Shown here: piece after piece, positions 20,332-31,879 of the stretch
Layout of the letters: every line of letters begins with the position of its first letter
How positions within the stretch are numbered: the stretch's first letter is position 1
NCBI GenBank assembly: GCA_026710105.1
Contig: JAPORR010000028.1
Span: forward strand, 13,633 to 77,632
Direction of reading: 5' to 3'
Length of the DNA stretch: 64,000 nucleotides
Source of the DNA: Alphaproteobacteria bacterium
GTDB lineage: Bacteria > Pseudomonadota > Alphaproteobacteria > Bin95
The notes under the pieces: model-generated
Seen by the model: only the letters and a program-made list of their open reading frames with translations
What the model was told of the DNA's origin: nothing
Databases searched by the model: none
Position numbers and translations under genes: made by a program

Positions 20332-21056
20332 TGCGCGCGGCCCATCGCCGCCCGCATCCGACGGACCGCCTCGGCCAGGCCGACGAAGATGGCTTCGCCC
20401 ACCAGGAAATGGCCGATATTGAGTTCGGCCACTGCCGGGATTGCCGCGATCGGGCCGACATTGTCACAGGTTAGCCCGTGGCCGGCATGGCATTCGAGGC
20501 CGAGTGCCGCCGCCTCCGCTGCCGCAGCGTGGAGGCGCTCTAGTTCCGCGTGCCGTGCTGTCTCGGCCAGGTCGCAATAACGCCCGGTATGTAATTCCAC
20601 CGCCGCCACGCCGAGCGCTGCTGCGGCGTGAAGCTGTTCCCGTTCGGGCTCGACGAACAGCGAGACCCGAATGCCTGCCGCTGCCAGCGCCCGCACCCGG
20701 GCACCCAGCATGGTGCCGAGTGCTGCGGCGTTGAGGCCGCCCTCGGTCGTCAGCTCCTCGCGCCGCTCCGGCACCAGACAGACGGCGTGCGGCCGGATAG
20801 CGGCGGCGATCTCCACCATGGCATCGGTCGCCGCCATCTCGAAATTGAGCGGCACAGGCAGCGCCTCCTTCAGTCGGCGCATGTCCTCGTCGCGGATATG
20901 GCGGCGGTCTTCGCGCAAATGCGCGGTGATGCCATCTGCCCCCGCCTCGCAGGCCAGCAGGGCCGCCTGTACCGGGTCCGGATAGCTTGTCCCGCGCGCA
21001 TTGCGGACGGTGGCAACATGGTCGACATTCACGCCGAGCCTAGGGCGGGCTGTCAT
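20328..21056 (-). CDS. pdxJ: pyridoxine 5'-phosphate synthase
   Basis: [16 protein letters not shown] and [12 protein letters not shown] motifs. The start is the ATG at 21056, overlapping the DUF2062 stop. Confidence 0.9.
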   Translation of the reverse strand: MTARPRLGVNVDHVATVRNARGTSYPDPVQAALLACEAGADGITAHLREDRRHIRDEDMRRLKEALPVPLNFEMAATDAMVEIAAAIRPHAVCLVPERREELTTEGGLNAAALGTMLGARVRALAAAGIRVSLFVEPEREQLHAAAALGVAAVELHTGRYCDLAETARHAELERLHAAAAEAAALGLECHAGHGLTCDNVGPIAAIPAVAELNIGHFLVGEAIFVGLAEAVRRMRAAMGRAQ

Positions 21057-21634
21057 GCCCTGACATCCCTTGCTCGGGCGCGGGCGATGCGGCCCCGCCT
21101 GCGCCTCTGATAGGCACGCAGCAACGGTGCCAGCATGATGAAGAGCGCCCCCCAAGCACCGGCACCCAGCACGGCGCCGCCGACCGTCATCGCCAGCAGC
21201 AGGGGTTGGGCCGTCTCCAGGAAGGTGGCGAACCGCCCGTCTATGCCGGCCTCCAGGGCCCGCCCCCAGAGATCAGCGAAATTGACGCCCTCCGCGCCGA
21301 AGCCGAGCCATTCGCCGAATTCGTAGGTCCCGACCCAGATGAAGGGGAAGGTCCAGGGATTGCCGACTACCGTGCCGATGGCGGCCGCGAGCACATTCGA
21401 CCGGGTGGCGAACGCAAGCAGCGCCGCGATGACGAAATGCAGGCCCGGAAAAGGCAGGAAGGAGGCGAAGGCCCCCCAGGAAAAGCCGGCGGCCAGCGAG
21501 TAGGGCGTGCCTGGAATGCGGCTGAGGCGCATGGCGAGGTAGCGTGACGCTCGCCGCCAGCCCCCGGACGGCCAGACCCAGGCCCCGATCCGGGACGGCA
21601 GCCCACGCCGGCGCTTGCGCCCCAGGATTGCCAT
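21053..21634 (-). CDS. DUF2062 domain membrane protein
   Basis: [29 protein letters not shown] segment typical of DUF2062. Confidence 0.6.
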   Translation of the reverse strand: MAILGRKRRRGLPSRIGAWVWPSGGWRRASRYLAMRLSRIPGTPYSLAAGFSWGAFASFLPFPGLHFVIAALLAFATRSNVLAAAIGTVVGNPWTFPFIWVGTYEFGEWLGFGAEGVNFADLWGRALEAGIDGRFATFLETAQPLLLAMTVGGAVLGAGAWGALFIMLAPLLRAYQRRRRGRIARARARDVRA

Positions 21635-21639
21635 CGCCG

Positions 21640-23787
21640 TCAGCGCTTCGCCCGCTTCACAGAAGCGATTTCCGGCCGGGCGCTCAGAGCCGCCATGATG
21701 TCGCTCAGATGCCGCGTGTCGTTGACCTCGACATCGATCAGTATGTCGAAGAAATCTGTCTGGCGATTGACGAATTTAAGGTTCGAGATATTCGCTTGGC
21801 AGCCTGCGATAAGCGAGGCGACATGCGCGAGCGTGCCGGGCTTGTTGGCGGCTGTCAGGCGTATCCGCCCGACATGGCCCGGGCGGTCCCGGCCCGGTTC
21901 GTCGTCCCAGTCCAGCTCGATCCAGCGCTCGGGTGTATGCGAGAAGCTCTCCAGCGTCAGGCATTCATCCGTGTGAACCGTCACCCCCTTGCCCGTGGTG
22001 ATGATACCGACGATCCGGTCGCCGGGGATTGGGTGGCAACAGCGGGCAAAATGCGTGGCAAGACCGGGAATCAGGCCGCGGATCAGCAGTGGGCCCGGCC
22101 GGTCTCCTCGCCGCCGCCGGGCGCGTTCGATGGAGACCACCGTTTCCGAGTCGGCATCGAGTGGCGCTTCGGGATAGAGCGCTCGGACGACCTCCCGCGC
22201 CGTGATGCGCCCGTCGCCGATAGCGGCGAGCAGGCTTTCAGGCGAGTCCAGGGCACGGTCGGCCGCGGGGGCCACAAGCTGGCGTTCGCGCCAGGCATGG
22301 CCGGCGTCGCGCATCTCGGTATCGAGAAGCTGGCGCCCGAGCTTGATGAACTCCTCGCGCCGCTGCAGGCGTGTATGCCGGCGAATATGCGCCCGGGCCT
22401 TACCTGTGACGACGAACCGGTCCCATTCCGGGGTGACGCGCAAGCTGTTTGCCGTGGCGATCTCGACCCGGTCGCCATTGCTCAGCTCCGTGCGCAGAGG
22501 CACCTGCCGGCCATTGACCCTGCCGCCGATGCAGCGATCGCCGACCTCGGAATGGATTTCATAGGCGAAATCGACCAGCGTTGCCCCGGCGGGCAGGGCT
22601 TTCAGGTCACCTTTCGGGGTGAAGCAGAACACCTGGTCGGGGAAAAGCTGCATCTTGGTGTGAGACAGGAATTCCTCGGGGCTCGACGCGTTTTCGAGGA
22701 TGTCCAGGAATTGCTGCACCCACTTATATTGCCGCCCGTCCTTGCCGCCTCCTTCCTGCTTGTAGAGCCAGTGGGCGGCAGCGCCGTTCTCAGCGAATTC
22801 ATGCATCTCGTGGGAACGGATCTGCACTTCGATCCTGTGTCCGTCCGGACCGATCAGCACGGTGTGCAGAGACCGGTAGCCGTTCTCCTTTGGGTTCGAG
22901 ATGTAGTCCTTGAACTGCTCTGGCACAGCGCGAAAGGCGGCGTGCAGATGGCCGAGTGCCTCGTAGCACTGCATCGCCGACGCCACGACCACGCGAAACG
23001 CCATGATGTCTGAGACCTGCTCCAAGGACACATCCTTGCGCTGCATCTTGGTCCAGATGGAATGTGGGCGCTTGCGTCGGCCGGTGACCTCGGTTTCGAG
23101 GCTGGCCTGCTCAAGCGTGCGGATCAGCGTCGCGATGATTCCTCCGACCTGGCTGCCCCCCTCCCGGTCGAGCAGTTCGAGCCGTTGCACGATATTTGCC
23201 CGCGCCCCCGGCTGGAGGACGGCGAAGGCCCGATCCTCCAGGTCCTCCTTCCAGTCCTGCATGCCGATCCGCTCGGCCAGGGGCACATAGATATCAAGCG
23301 TTTCGGCCGCGATCCGCCGCTTCTTGTCCTCCCCGGAGATGAAATGCAGCGTGCGCATATTGTGCAGCCGGTCGGCGAGCTTGACCAGCAGCACCCGGAT
23401 GTCCTCTGACATCGCAAGCACCAGCTTGCGCAGATTCTCGGCTTGCCGGGTGTGCGCGGACCGGGACTCGATCCGGGAGAGCTTGGTGACGCCATCCACG
23501 AGGCGGGCCACCTCGCTGCCGAACATGCGGCGGATATCGGCGAGCGTCGCGTCGGTGTCCTCCACCGTGTCGTGCAGGAGTGCGGTGATGATCGAGGCGC
23601 TGTCCAGCCGGATATCCGCGAGCAGCCCGGCGACTTCGAGCGGATGGGAAAAATAGGGGTCGCCGGAGGCACGGACCTGGTTGCCGTGCTGGATCATCGC
23701 ATAAACATAAGCACGGTTTATCAGTGGTTCGTCGGCATTGGGGTCATAGGCCCTGATGCGTTCGATCAGCTCATACTGCCGAATCAT
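21640..23787 (-). CDS. rel: bifunctional (p)ppGpp synthetase/hydrolase (RelA/SpoT family)
   Basis: HD domain YFSHPLEVAGLLADIRLD...ALLHDTVEDT, RelA-SpoT synthetase domain, TGS and ACT regions. The start is likely MIRQYELIERI at 23787. Confidence 0.9.
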   Translation of the reverse strand: MIRQYELIERIRAYDPNADEPLINRAYVYAMIQHGNQVRASGDPYFSHPLEVAGLLADIRLDSASIITALLHDTVEDTDATLADIRRMFGSEVARLVDGVTKLSRIESRSAHTRQAENLRKLVLAMSEDIRVLLVKLADRLHNMRTLHFISGEDKKRRIAAETLDIYVPLAERIGMQDWKEDLEDRAFAVLQPGARANIVQRLELLDREGGSQVGGIIATLIRTLEQASLETEVTGRRKRPHSIWTKMQRKDVSLEQVSDIMAFRVVVASAMQCYEALGHLHAAFRAVPEQFKDYISNPKENGYRSLHTVLIGPDGHRIEVQIRSHEMHEFAENGAAAHWLYKQEGGGKDGRQYKWVQQFLDILENASSPEEFLSHTKMQLFPDQVFCFTPKGDLKALPAGATLVDFAYEIHSEVGDRCIGGRVNGRQVPLRTELSNGDRVEIATANSLRVTPEWDRFVVTGKARAHIRRHTRLQRREEFIKLGRQLLDTEMRDAGHAWRERQLVAPAADRALDSPESLLAAIGDGRITAREVVRALYPEAPLDADSETVVSIERARRRRGDRPGPLLIRGLIPGLATHFARCCHPIPGDRIVGIITTGKGVTVHTDECLTLESFSHTPERWIELDWDDEPGRDRPGHVGRIRLTAANKPGTLAHVASLIAGCQANISNLKFVNRQTDFFDILIDVEVNDTRHLSDIMAALSARPEIASVKRAKR

Positions 23788-23856
23788 CCGCCGACCCCGA
23801 ATGCGCCTACCGCGCCTGACGGCAGGAAATCCCGCCACGTCCGCGCATATGTGTTG

Positions 23857-24234
23857 CTACCCGCCGTCGCGGGGCGGTGAGTCTTTGTCTTCCAGGGCCA
23901 TCGCGCGCATCAGCGAGCCGATGTCGAGGTCCTCCTCCGCGGGGCCCCTCTGCGGGAGGTCGGGAGCCGGCAGCATGTCGAGCACGTCGCCCGTCTCTTC
24001 CTCCTCTTCGCGGTGCCGCAGCAGCCTGCGGATCTGGCCTTCCTCAAGCTCGTCGAGTGGCACGGTCTTCTCCGCGATCTCCCGGAGCGACACGACAGGG
24101 TTCTTGTCCCTGTCGCGGTCCACGGTGATCTCCGCGCCCTCGGAGAGGTCTCGCGACCGCTGTGCGGCCAGCATGACTAGATCAAAACGGTTCGGGACCC
24201 TGAGGACACAGTCCTCGACGGTGACACGGGCCAT
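23857..24234 (-). CDS. rpoZ: DNA-directed RNA polymerase subunit omega
   Basis: [30 protein letters not shown]; 125 aa with an acidic tail; rpoZ-rel linkage. Confidence 0.9.
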   Translation of the reverse strand: MARVTVEDCVLRVPNRFDLVMLAAQRSRDLSEGAEITVDRDRDKNPVVSLREIAEKTVPLDELEEGQIRRLLRHREEEEETGDVLDMLPAPDLPQRGPAEEDLDIGSLMRAMALEDKDSPPRDGG

Positions 24235-24267
24235 AGCCTCACTCGCTGTGAAATTGAACGACGAGCG

Positions 24268-25269
24268 TTATAAGCGGAACGGTGGGTGGCGGCAACTGCC
24301 CCGAGGCCCGGGGTACCGCCCCCGTGGACGTTCCACCTCGACAGTGGACCACCCATCACGGCGTTGCGCGCGGCGGAAGCGCAAGCCGTGGCGGCGCAGC
24401 GCCAGACGGAGTGGGTACTCCTGCCTCTGGAGAATGCCGGACAGCACGACAAGGCCACCCGGCGCGGCACGGCGGGCGATCTCCGGCGCGAGACGCATCA
24501 GGGGCCGGTAGAGGAGGTTGGCGAGGATCACATCATAGGGCGCGCGGGCGCGGAGCGCGGCATGGCCCACCCCATCCGCCAGAACAAGCCGCAGGCGCAG
24601 GCCATTGGCGCGCGCATTGCGGGCGAAGGGTGCGGCGGTGGCCGGGTCGATATCACTGGCCACGACGCAAATGCCCGGCCAGAGGCGCGCGGCGGCGACG
24701 GCGAGGACGCCGCTGCCGGCGCCGAGATCCAGCACGGCGCGCGGCCGCGGCCTGGTGCGGCGCCGGTTGAGCGCGGCGAGACAGCCTGCCGTGGTGGGGT
24801 GTGCGCCCGTGCCGAACGCGTTTGTGGCGGCAATGTAGAGGCGCGCCGGAGCCGGTGGCAGCGCTGTGCCAGGGTCGCCGACAACGATGCGCCCGATGCG
24901 GCGCACTGCCAAGCCCTTGTGGCTTCCCGCCGCCCAGTCGTGCGCGGCAAGCGGCGCCATCCCGGGTGTCGGCAGGCCTTCACCGGCGGCGCGGCAGGCC
25001 AGCTCGGCCGCATCGGGCGGCGTGGTGGCGATGCCTTCCACTACGCAGACCTCCGCCAGCCAGATTTCGCTTGCCCAGTCGGACCCCCGGCCCGCATTGC
25101 CGCTAGGCCCGCCAGACCTGCGGTCAGCCGATGCGAGCTCGAACACGGAAACGGCCTCGGCCCAGCCCTCGAACACGCGTTCGGCCGCCGCCGCCCGGGC
25201 CTCGGGGACGGTCAGCCAGGCGCGCCAGAGCGGGCTCAAAAGTCGATGCAGCGCCCGTTGACTTCCCAA
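24268..25269 (-). CDS. prmA: ribosomal protein L11 methyltransferase
   Basis: FGTGAHPTTAGCLAAL and VLDLGAGSGVLAVAAARL SAM motifs. The exact start is uncertain. Confidence 0.75.
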   Translation of the reverse strand: MGSQRALHRLLSPLWRAWLTVPEARAAAAERVFEGWAEAVSVFELASADRRSGGPSGNAGRGSDWASEIWLAEVCVVEGIATTPPDAAELACRAAGEGLPTPGMAPLAAHDWAAGSHKGLAVRRIGRIVVGDPGTALPPAPARLYIAATNAFGTGAHPTTAGCLAALNRRRTRPRPRAVLDLGAGSGVLAVAAARLWPGICVVASDIDPATAAPFARNARANGLRLRLVLADGVGHAALRARAPYDVILANLLYRPLMRLAPEIARRAAPGGLVVLSGILQRQEYPLRLALRRHGLRFRRAQRRDGWSTVEVERPRGRYPGPRGSCRHPPFRL

Positions 25270-25403
25270 TCGCCGTAGCGCGTCGGGTCAGGCCTGTCGG
25301 GCTTGTCCGCGTCGTCCGGGCGCGACTGACGCGCCCCACCAGACGCAGGTCCAGATACAGAATCATGCGTCTTAGGCTCGGGAGGGCGTGATTTGTACGA
25401 CAT
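25236..25403 (-). CDS. DUF1674 (SDHAF4-like) small protein
   Basis: C-terminus PTRYGDWEVNGRCIDF matches the DUF1674 signature. The start may be 25403 or 25421; the 3' end overlaps the prmA start. Confidence 0.6.
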   Translation of the reverse strand: MSYKSRPPEPKTHDSVSGPASGGARQSRPDDADKPDRPDPTRYGDWEVNGRCIDF

Positions 25404-25457
25404 GGCTCTTACATATGGCATGCTGGAGTCCCTTGCCAAGCGGAGCCGTGACACCCT

Positions 25458-26384
25458 ATGGCGAACTTCGCCCGCACCGCAACCCTGCTTGCCGGCCTGA
25501 CCGGCTTGTTCCTCGCCGTCGGCTATATGTTGGGCGGCCCCACCGGCATGGCGCTTGCGCTTGCCGTCGCGCTCGGCATGAATGCCTTTGCCTGGTGGAA
25601 CTCGGACCGGGTGCTGTTAAACATGTACGGGGCCAAGGAGGTCGATGAGCGGCGTGAGCCCGAGCTTTACGGGGCCGTCCGGCGCCTTTCTGACCGGGCG
25701 GGCCTGCCGATGCCGCGCGTCTATGTGATCCATAACGACCAGCCCAACGCCTTCGCCACCGGGCGCGACCCGCAGAATGCTGCCGTCGCCGCCACCACAG
25801 GCCTGCTCCAGAGCCTGTCGCCGAAGGAGGTCGACGGCGTGATGGCGCATGAGCTCGCGCATGTGAAGAACCGCGACACGCTCATCATGACGATCACCGC
25901 AACGGTTGCAGGCGCGGTGTCGATGCTGGCGAATTTCGGCCTGTTTTTCGGCGGGGGGCGCAATAGCCCGCTCGGCTTCGTCGGCGCCCTGCTCATCGCG
26001 GTTCTCGCCCCCATGGCCGCCATGCTGGTGCAGATGGCGATCAGCCGGGCGCGCGAATATGAGGCCGACAAGCTGGGCGCGGAGATCTGCGGCGACCCGC
26101 TCGCGCTCGCCTCTGCCCTCGAACGCCTGGAGCGGGGAGCGGCCGGCATCGACAACCACGCCGCTGAGCGCAACCCGGCCACGGCGCATTTGTTCATCGT
26201 CAACCCGTTGCATGCACATGCGGCCGACAAGCTGTTCTCAACCCATCCCGCGACGGCCAACCGGGTGCGGGCCCTGCAGGAGATGGCTCGCTCTCAGCGG
26301 CCCCGCCCTGTCAGCCGGTCCGCCGGCGCGCCCACGGGTGCATCCTGGATGCAAGGGCTACGCCGCAAGGGCCCTTGGGCGTGA
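25458..26384 (+). CDS. htpX: zinc metalloprotease HtpX
   Basis: Two N-terminal TM helices, [10 protein letters not shown] HExxH motif, later [10 protein letters not shown]. Confidence 0.9.
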   Translation: MANFARTATLLAGLTGLFLAVGYMLGGPTGMALALAVALGMNAFAWWNSDRVLLNMYGAKEVDERREPELYGAVRRLSDRAGLPMPRVYVIHNDQPNAFATGRDPQNAAVAATTGLLQSLSPKEVDGVMAHELAHVKNRDTLIMTITATVAGAVSMLANFGLFFGGGRNSPLGFVGALLIAVLAPMAAMLVQMAISRAREYEADKLGAEICGDPLALASALERLERGAAGIDNHAAERNPATAHLFIVNPLHAHAADKLFSTHPATANRVRALQEMARSQRPRPVSRSAGAPTGASWMQGLRRKGPWA

Positions 26385-27631
26385 GCGGCAGCGCGGCGCG
26401 CGCGCTCGCCCTCGACCTGCTCACCTGCGTCCTGCTGGAAGGACGCCCGCTCGAAGATCTCCCGCCGGACCGGGGCAGCCCGGAGAAACGAGCCTTCGCG
26501 CGTCGCCTCGCCGCGACGACGCTCCGGCGGGCGGGCCAGATCGATGCGCTGCTGACCCGTTTCTTGGTCCGGCCTCTGCCGCGCGGGGCGGAGCGGACCC
26601 GGCTGCTGCTGATGCTCGGCATGGCGCAGATCCTGTTCGGCGCGGCGCCGGCCCATGCTGCCGTCGATACAGCCGTCAGCTTGGCGCCACCGCGCATGAA
26701 AGGGCTGGTCAATGCCGTGCTGCGTCGCTCGGCCCGTGAGGGGCCGGCCCTAACGGCGGACCAGGACGCGGCCCGGCTGAACACGCCGCCGCGTCTGTGG
26801 GCCGGCTGGCGGGCGGCCTATGGTGAGCCAGCTACCCGCGCTATCGCCAAGGCACATCTGCGCGAGGCGCCGCTGGACCTCACGCTGCGTGGCCTGGAGG
26901 CCCCGGGGCCGCTGCCGATGGGCGAGACCCTGCCGACCGGCTCGTTGCGCCTCGCGAGGCCGGGCGCGGTCGGGCGGCTGCCCGGCTACGAGGAGGGCAG
27001 CTGGTGGGTCCAAGACATGGCAGCCGCCCTGCCAGCGCAGCTGCTAGGCCCGATCGCCGGCCTGCGCGTGCTGGACCTGTGTGCAGCGCCCGGCGGCAAG
27101 ACGGCCCAGCTCGCCGCAGCCGGGAGCCGGGTGACGGCGGTGGATCGCGCGCCGGGCCGGCTGGCGGCGGCGCGGGCTAATTTCGCCCGCCTCGGCCTCG
27201 AAGCCGCGTGGGTCGAGGCGGATGCCGCCGAATGGCGTCCGGAGCGGCCTTTCCCCGCCGTACTGCTGGATGCCCCTTGCAGCGCGACCGGGACCATCCG
27301 CCGCCATCCCGACATTCCGCATCGGCGGGCCGAGCGGCAGCTCGACCGGCTGACGGCGCTCCAGGACCGCCTGCTCGCCAGCGCGGCCCGCGCCACGGCG
27401 CCGGGCGGGCGGCTGGTCTATGCCTGCTGCTCGCTGGAGCCGGAGGAGGGGCCGGAGCGCATTGCCGCCTTTCTTGCTGGGTGGCCGGATTTCGCGCTGA
27501 AGCGGGTCGCCCTGCCGGCACTGCCGGAGGCAATGGCACCCGATGGTGGGCTGCGAACCTTGCCCTCCATGCTGTCCGAGCGCGGCGGGATGGACGGCTT
27601 CTACGCTGCTTGCCTCGTCCGGGCGGGGTAA
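26375..27631 (+). CDS. rsmB: 16S rRNA (cytosine967-C5)-methyltransferase RsmB/Sun-family
   Basis: [19 protein letters not shown] motif and [18 protein letters not shown] catalytic block. Confidence 0.8.
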   Translation: MGVSGSAARALALDLLTCVLLEGRPLEDLPPDRGSPEKRAFARRLAATTLRRAGQIDALLTRFLVRPLPRGAERTRLLLMLGMAQILFGAAPAHAAVDTAVSLAPPRMKGLVNAVLRRSAREGPALTADQDAARLNTPPRLWAGWRAAYGEPATRAIAKAHLREAPLDLTLRGLEAPGPLPMGETLPTGSLRLARPGAVGRLPGYEEGSWWVQDMAAALPAQLLGPIAGLRVLDLCAAPGGKTAQLAAAGSRVTAVDRAPGRLAAARANFARLGLEAAWVEADAAEWRPERPFPAVLLDAPCSATGTIRRHPDIPHRRAERQLDRLTALQDRLLASAARATAPGGRLVYACCSLEPEEGPERIAAFLAGWPDFALKRVALPALPEAMAPDGGLRTLPSMLSERGGMDGFYAACLVRAG

Positions 27632-27655
27632 GGCGGCGCCGTTATACGAAACCTG

Positions 27656-28666
27656 TCACACGCGGTAAAGATAGGCGGCATTGTCGTGGTAGAGCGCTGC
27701 CTTTTCGGCCGCCGAGAAACTGGCCGTCAGGCGCTTGAAGGCGTTCCAGAGTACGGTGTAGCTGCAGCTCACCTTCTCGACCGGGAAGTTCGACTCGAAC
27801 AGGCAGCGGTCCGTACCGAACAACTCGAGGGCCGTATCGTAATAGCGCCGCGAGGCGGCCATCAACTCTTGGCTGGTCGGCGGGCGCGGACGTTCATGCC
27901 ACCCAAAGCCGTTGACCTCCATGGCAAGCCCGCCGAGCTTGGCCATGACATTCGGGCAGGCGGCGACGGGCGCCACCGCCCGGCACCAGTCGGCGAACAC
28001 CTCGTCGGCGCGCCCGGCATAGGGGCCGATGCCGAGGGGTCCGCCGAAATGGTCGAGAATGAAGGTTTGGTCGGGGAAATCACGGACCAGTCGCTCCGCC
28101 TCGTCGAGCTGGGTGTGGTAGCACCAAAGCTCGAAGGTGAGCCCCCTCGGTGCCAGATGGGCGAGGCCGGCTCGGAAACCAGCGCTGTCATAGAGCCCTG
28201 GCGGCGGCGCAGTGCGGTGGTTGGGCACCTGCGCGCTCTCATGCCAGGTAACGCCCTGCCGGATGCCGCGGAACCGCCCCTGCCCGGCCTCGATCTGTGC
28301 GTCCAGCACGGCCGCCGCACTGTCGCCCCGGTCGAGATATGCCGTGCCGACAATCCCGGCGGCGACTCGCGCCGTGCCGCCGGCCGCCGACATGGCAGCA
28401 ATGTCGGCCACAAACTCGGTCTCGCCGACCGGACGCATGTCCTCCGGTCCTTGCGTCCGGAACATGGCGCCGCATTCGATGAAGACGGTGCTGACGACAT
28501 TGTGGCCGCCCGTTAGGTCCTCTAGGACATCATCCAGCAGGTAGCGCGGCTGGACATAGCCCGTGCGGGCTTCCCAGAGATGGTGATGTGGGTCGCAGAT
28601 CGGCAGGTCGGGCTCCAGCGCCTCTTCCTGCGTCAGGGCGAGCCAGTCGGCATTGTCGCTTGCCAT
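27656..28666 (-). CDS. amidohydrolase-2 (TIM-barrel metal-dependent hydrolase) family protein
   Basis: ICDPHHHLWE metal-binding start motif of the Amidohydro_2/LigI-like family. The likely start is MASDNADW at 28666. Confidence 0.65.
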   Translation of the reverse strand: MASDNADWLALTQEEALEPDLPICDPHHHLWEARTGYVQPRYLLDDVLEDLTGGHNVVSTVFIECGAMFRTQGPEDMRPVGETEFVADIAAMSAAGGTARVAAGIVGTAYLDRGDSAAAVLDAQIEAGQGRFRGIRQGVTWHESAQVPNHRTAPPPGLYDSAGFRAGLAHLAPRGLTFELWCYHTQLDEAERLVRDFPDQTFILDHFGGPLGIGPYAGRADEVFADWCRAVAPVAACPNVMAKLGGLAMEVNGFGWHERPRPPTSQELMAASRRYYDTALELFGTDRCLFESNFPVEKVSCSYTVLWNAFKRLTASFSAAEKAALYHDNAAYLYRV

Positions 28667-28670
28667 CCCG

Positions 28671-30415
<1,745 letters not shown>

Positions 30416-30416
30416 T

Positions 30417-31475
30417 TCAGAGCGCCAGCTGCAACTGCGCGCCGGGTGGGCAGAAGCGGGTTTCGTCGAGGGCCCCGTAACCGCGTTCGAGGCCGAGCCG
30501 GCGGCAGGCGAGCGCAAACCGTTTCGCGATCGTCTCGGCATAGGGCCCCTCGCCCTTCATGCGCGTATGGAAGCCGCTCTTGTAGAGCAGGCCACCGCGC
30601 ATGTCGCGGACCCGCGAGAGCACCCGAGCCGCCCGGTCCGGCGCATGGACCTCGAGCCATTCGCGGAAGAGGTCCGCAATCTCCAGCGGTAGGCGCAGCA
30701 TGGTGTAGCCGGCGCTCACGGCTCCAACCTGGCGGGCCGCCTTCAGCACCGCCTCCAGCTCGTGGTCGTTCAGCGCCGGGATGATGGGCGCGAAATTGAC
30801 GGCAACCGGAATGCCGGCCTCCCGCAGTTCCGCCACCGCCTCCAACCGCCGCGCTGGCGTGGCGGCGCGTGGCTCCATGTGGCGCGCCAGCCGCCGGTCG
30901 AGGGTTGTCACCGACATAGTGACATGGGCGAGCCGGTCGCGGGCCATGTCCGCCAGCAGGTCCCGGTCGCGCAGCACGAGTGCGGACTTTGTGGTGATTG
31001 TGACCGGATGCCGACAGCGGGCGAGCACTTCGAGGATGCCGCGCATCACCTCATAGCGCGCCTCGATGGGCTGATAGGCGTCCGTATTGGTGCCGATGGC
31101 GAGCACGCGGCAGCGATAGCCAGGCCGCGCCAGCTCCTGTTCCAGGAGCGAGGGCGCGTTCGGCTTGGCGAACAGCCGGCTCTCGAAATCGAGCCCCGGC
31201 GAGAGCCCGAGCCAGGCATGGGACGGCCGCGCATAGCAATAGATGCAGCCATGCTCGCATCCTCTATAGGGGTTGATCGAGCGGTCGAAGCCGATGTCGG
31301 GCGAGTCGTTGCGGGTTATGGCATGGCGCGGTGCCTCTTCGGTGACGGTCGTGCGCAGCGGCGGCGGGTCGTCCTCCACCGTGCCCCAGCCGTCGTCGAA
31401 TGCCTCCGGCCGCGCACGCTCATAGCGCCCCGCCCGGTTGCTCGCCGCCCCGCGCCCTTTGCGGATCGTCTGCAT
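30417..31475 (-). CDS. radical SAM protein (PA0069-family)
   Basis: KGRGAASNRAGRYE N-terminus and a CEHGCIYCYA cysteine box. The start is the ATG at 31475 or 31505. Confidence 0.7.
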   Translation of the reverse strand: MQTIRKGRGAASNRAGRYERARPEAFDDGWGTVEDDPPPLRTTVTEEAPRHAITRNDSPDIGFDRSINPYRGCEHGCIYCYARPSHAWLGLSPGLDFESRLFAKPNAPSLLEQELARPGYRCRVLAIGTNTDAYQPIEARYEVMRGILEVLARCRHPVTITTKSALVLRDRDLLADMARDRLAHVTMSVTTLDRRLARHMEPRAATPARRLEAVAELREAGIPVAVNFAPIIPALNDHELEAVLKAARQVGAVSAGYTMLRLPLEIADLFREWLEVHAPDRAARVLSRVRDMRGGLLYKSGFHTRMKGEGPYAETIAKRFALACRRLGLERGYGALDETRFCPPGAQLQLAL

Positions 31476-31879
31476 GCGGTACTGATAACCCGGGAACAGG
31501 AACAAAGCAAGAATTTTATTCAGGGCAGCAGACCCAGGCCGGGTTTTGGTGGGGCAGTGGCGTCAGTGCAGCTGAAGCTGGCGGGCGGTCTCTTTTCGCG
31601 CGGCGCGGCAGCTGGCTCTTGACAGGGCCTGTTCGCCTTGTCAGCGGCGGTGCTGGCCGGGCCCTCTTTCGACGCCGAGGGGGTGCGGTAGGACTGCGCC
31701 GCCGCGAGCAGCAGAGCGGCCAGGGTCTTGGAGTCGATGTGTCTCAGGATGAGCATGGCGAAACCTTTGTATCGGAGCCGTCATCCCCAGCCGCGCCCAG
31801 GGTGTTTGTAGGGTGAGTCTTTCTTCCTTCCTCCGGGCCTTCCCACGCCGGGCACTGCCCCCGGACATCTACTGCGAGG

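Noticed and set aside
19180-20580. 466-aa plus-strand ORF spanning lepB, acpS and pdxJ
   Set aside because: It is antisense to three well-supported genes. The product is low-complexity with no recognisable motifs; a GC-rich artefact.
21544-23013. 489-aa plus-strand ORF antisense to rel
   Set aside because: It is antisense to a 715-aa RelA/SpoT gene with clear domains, and has no motifs of its own.
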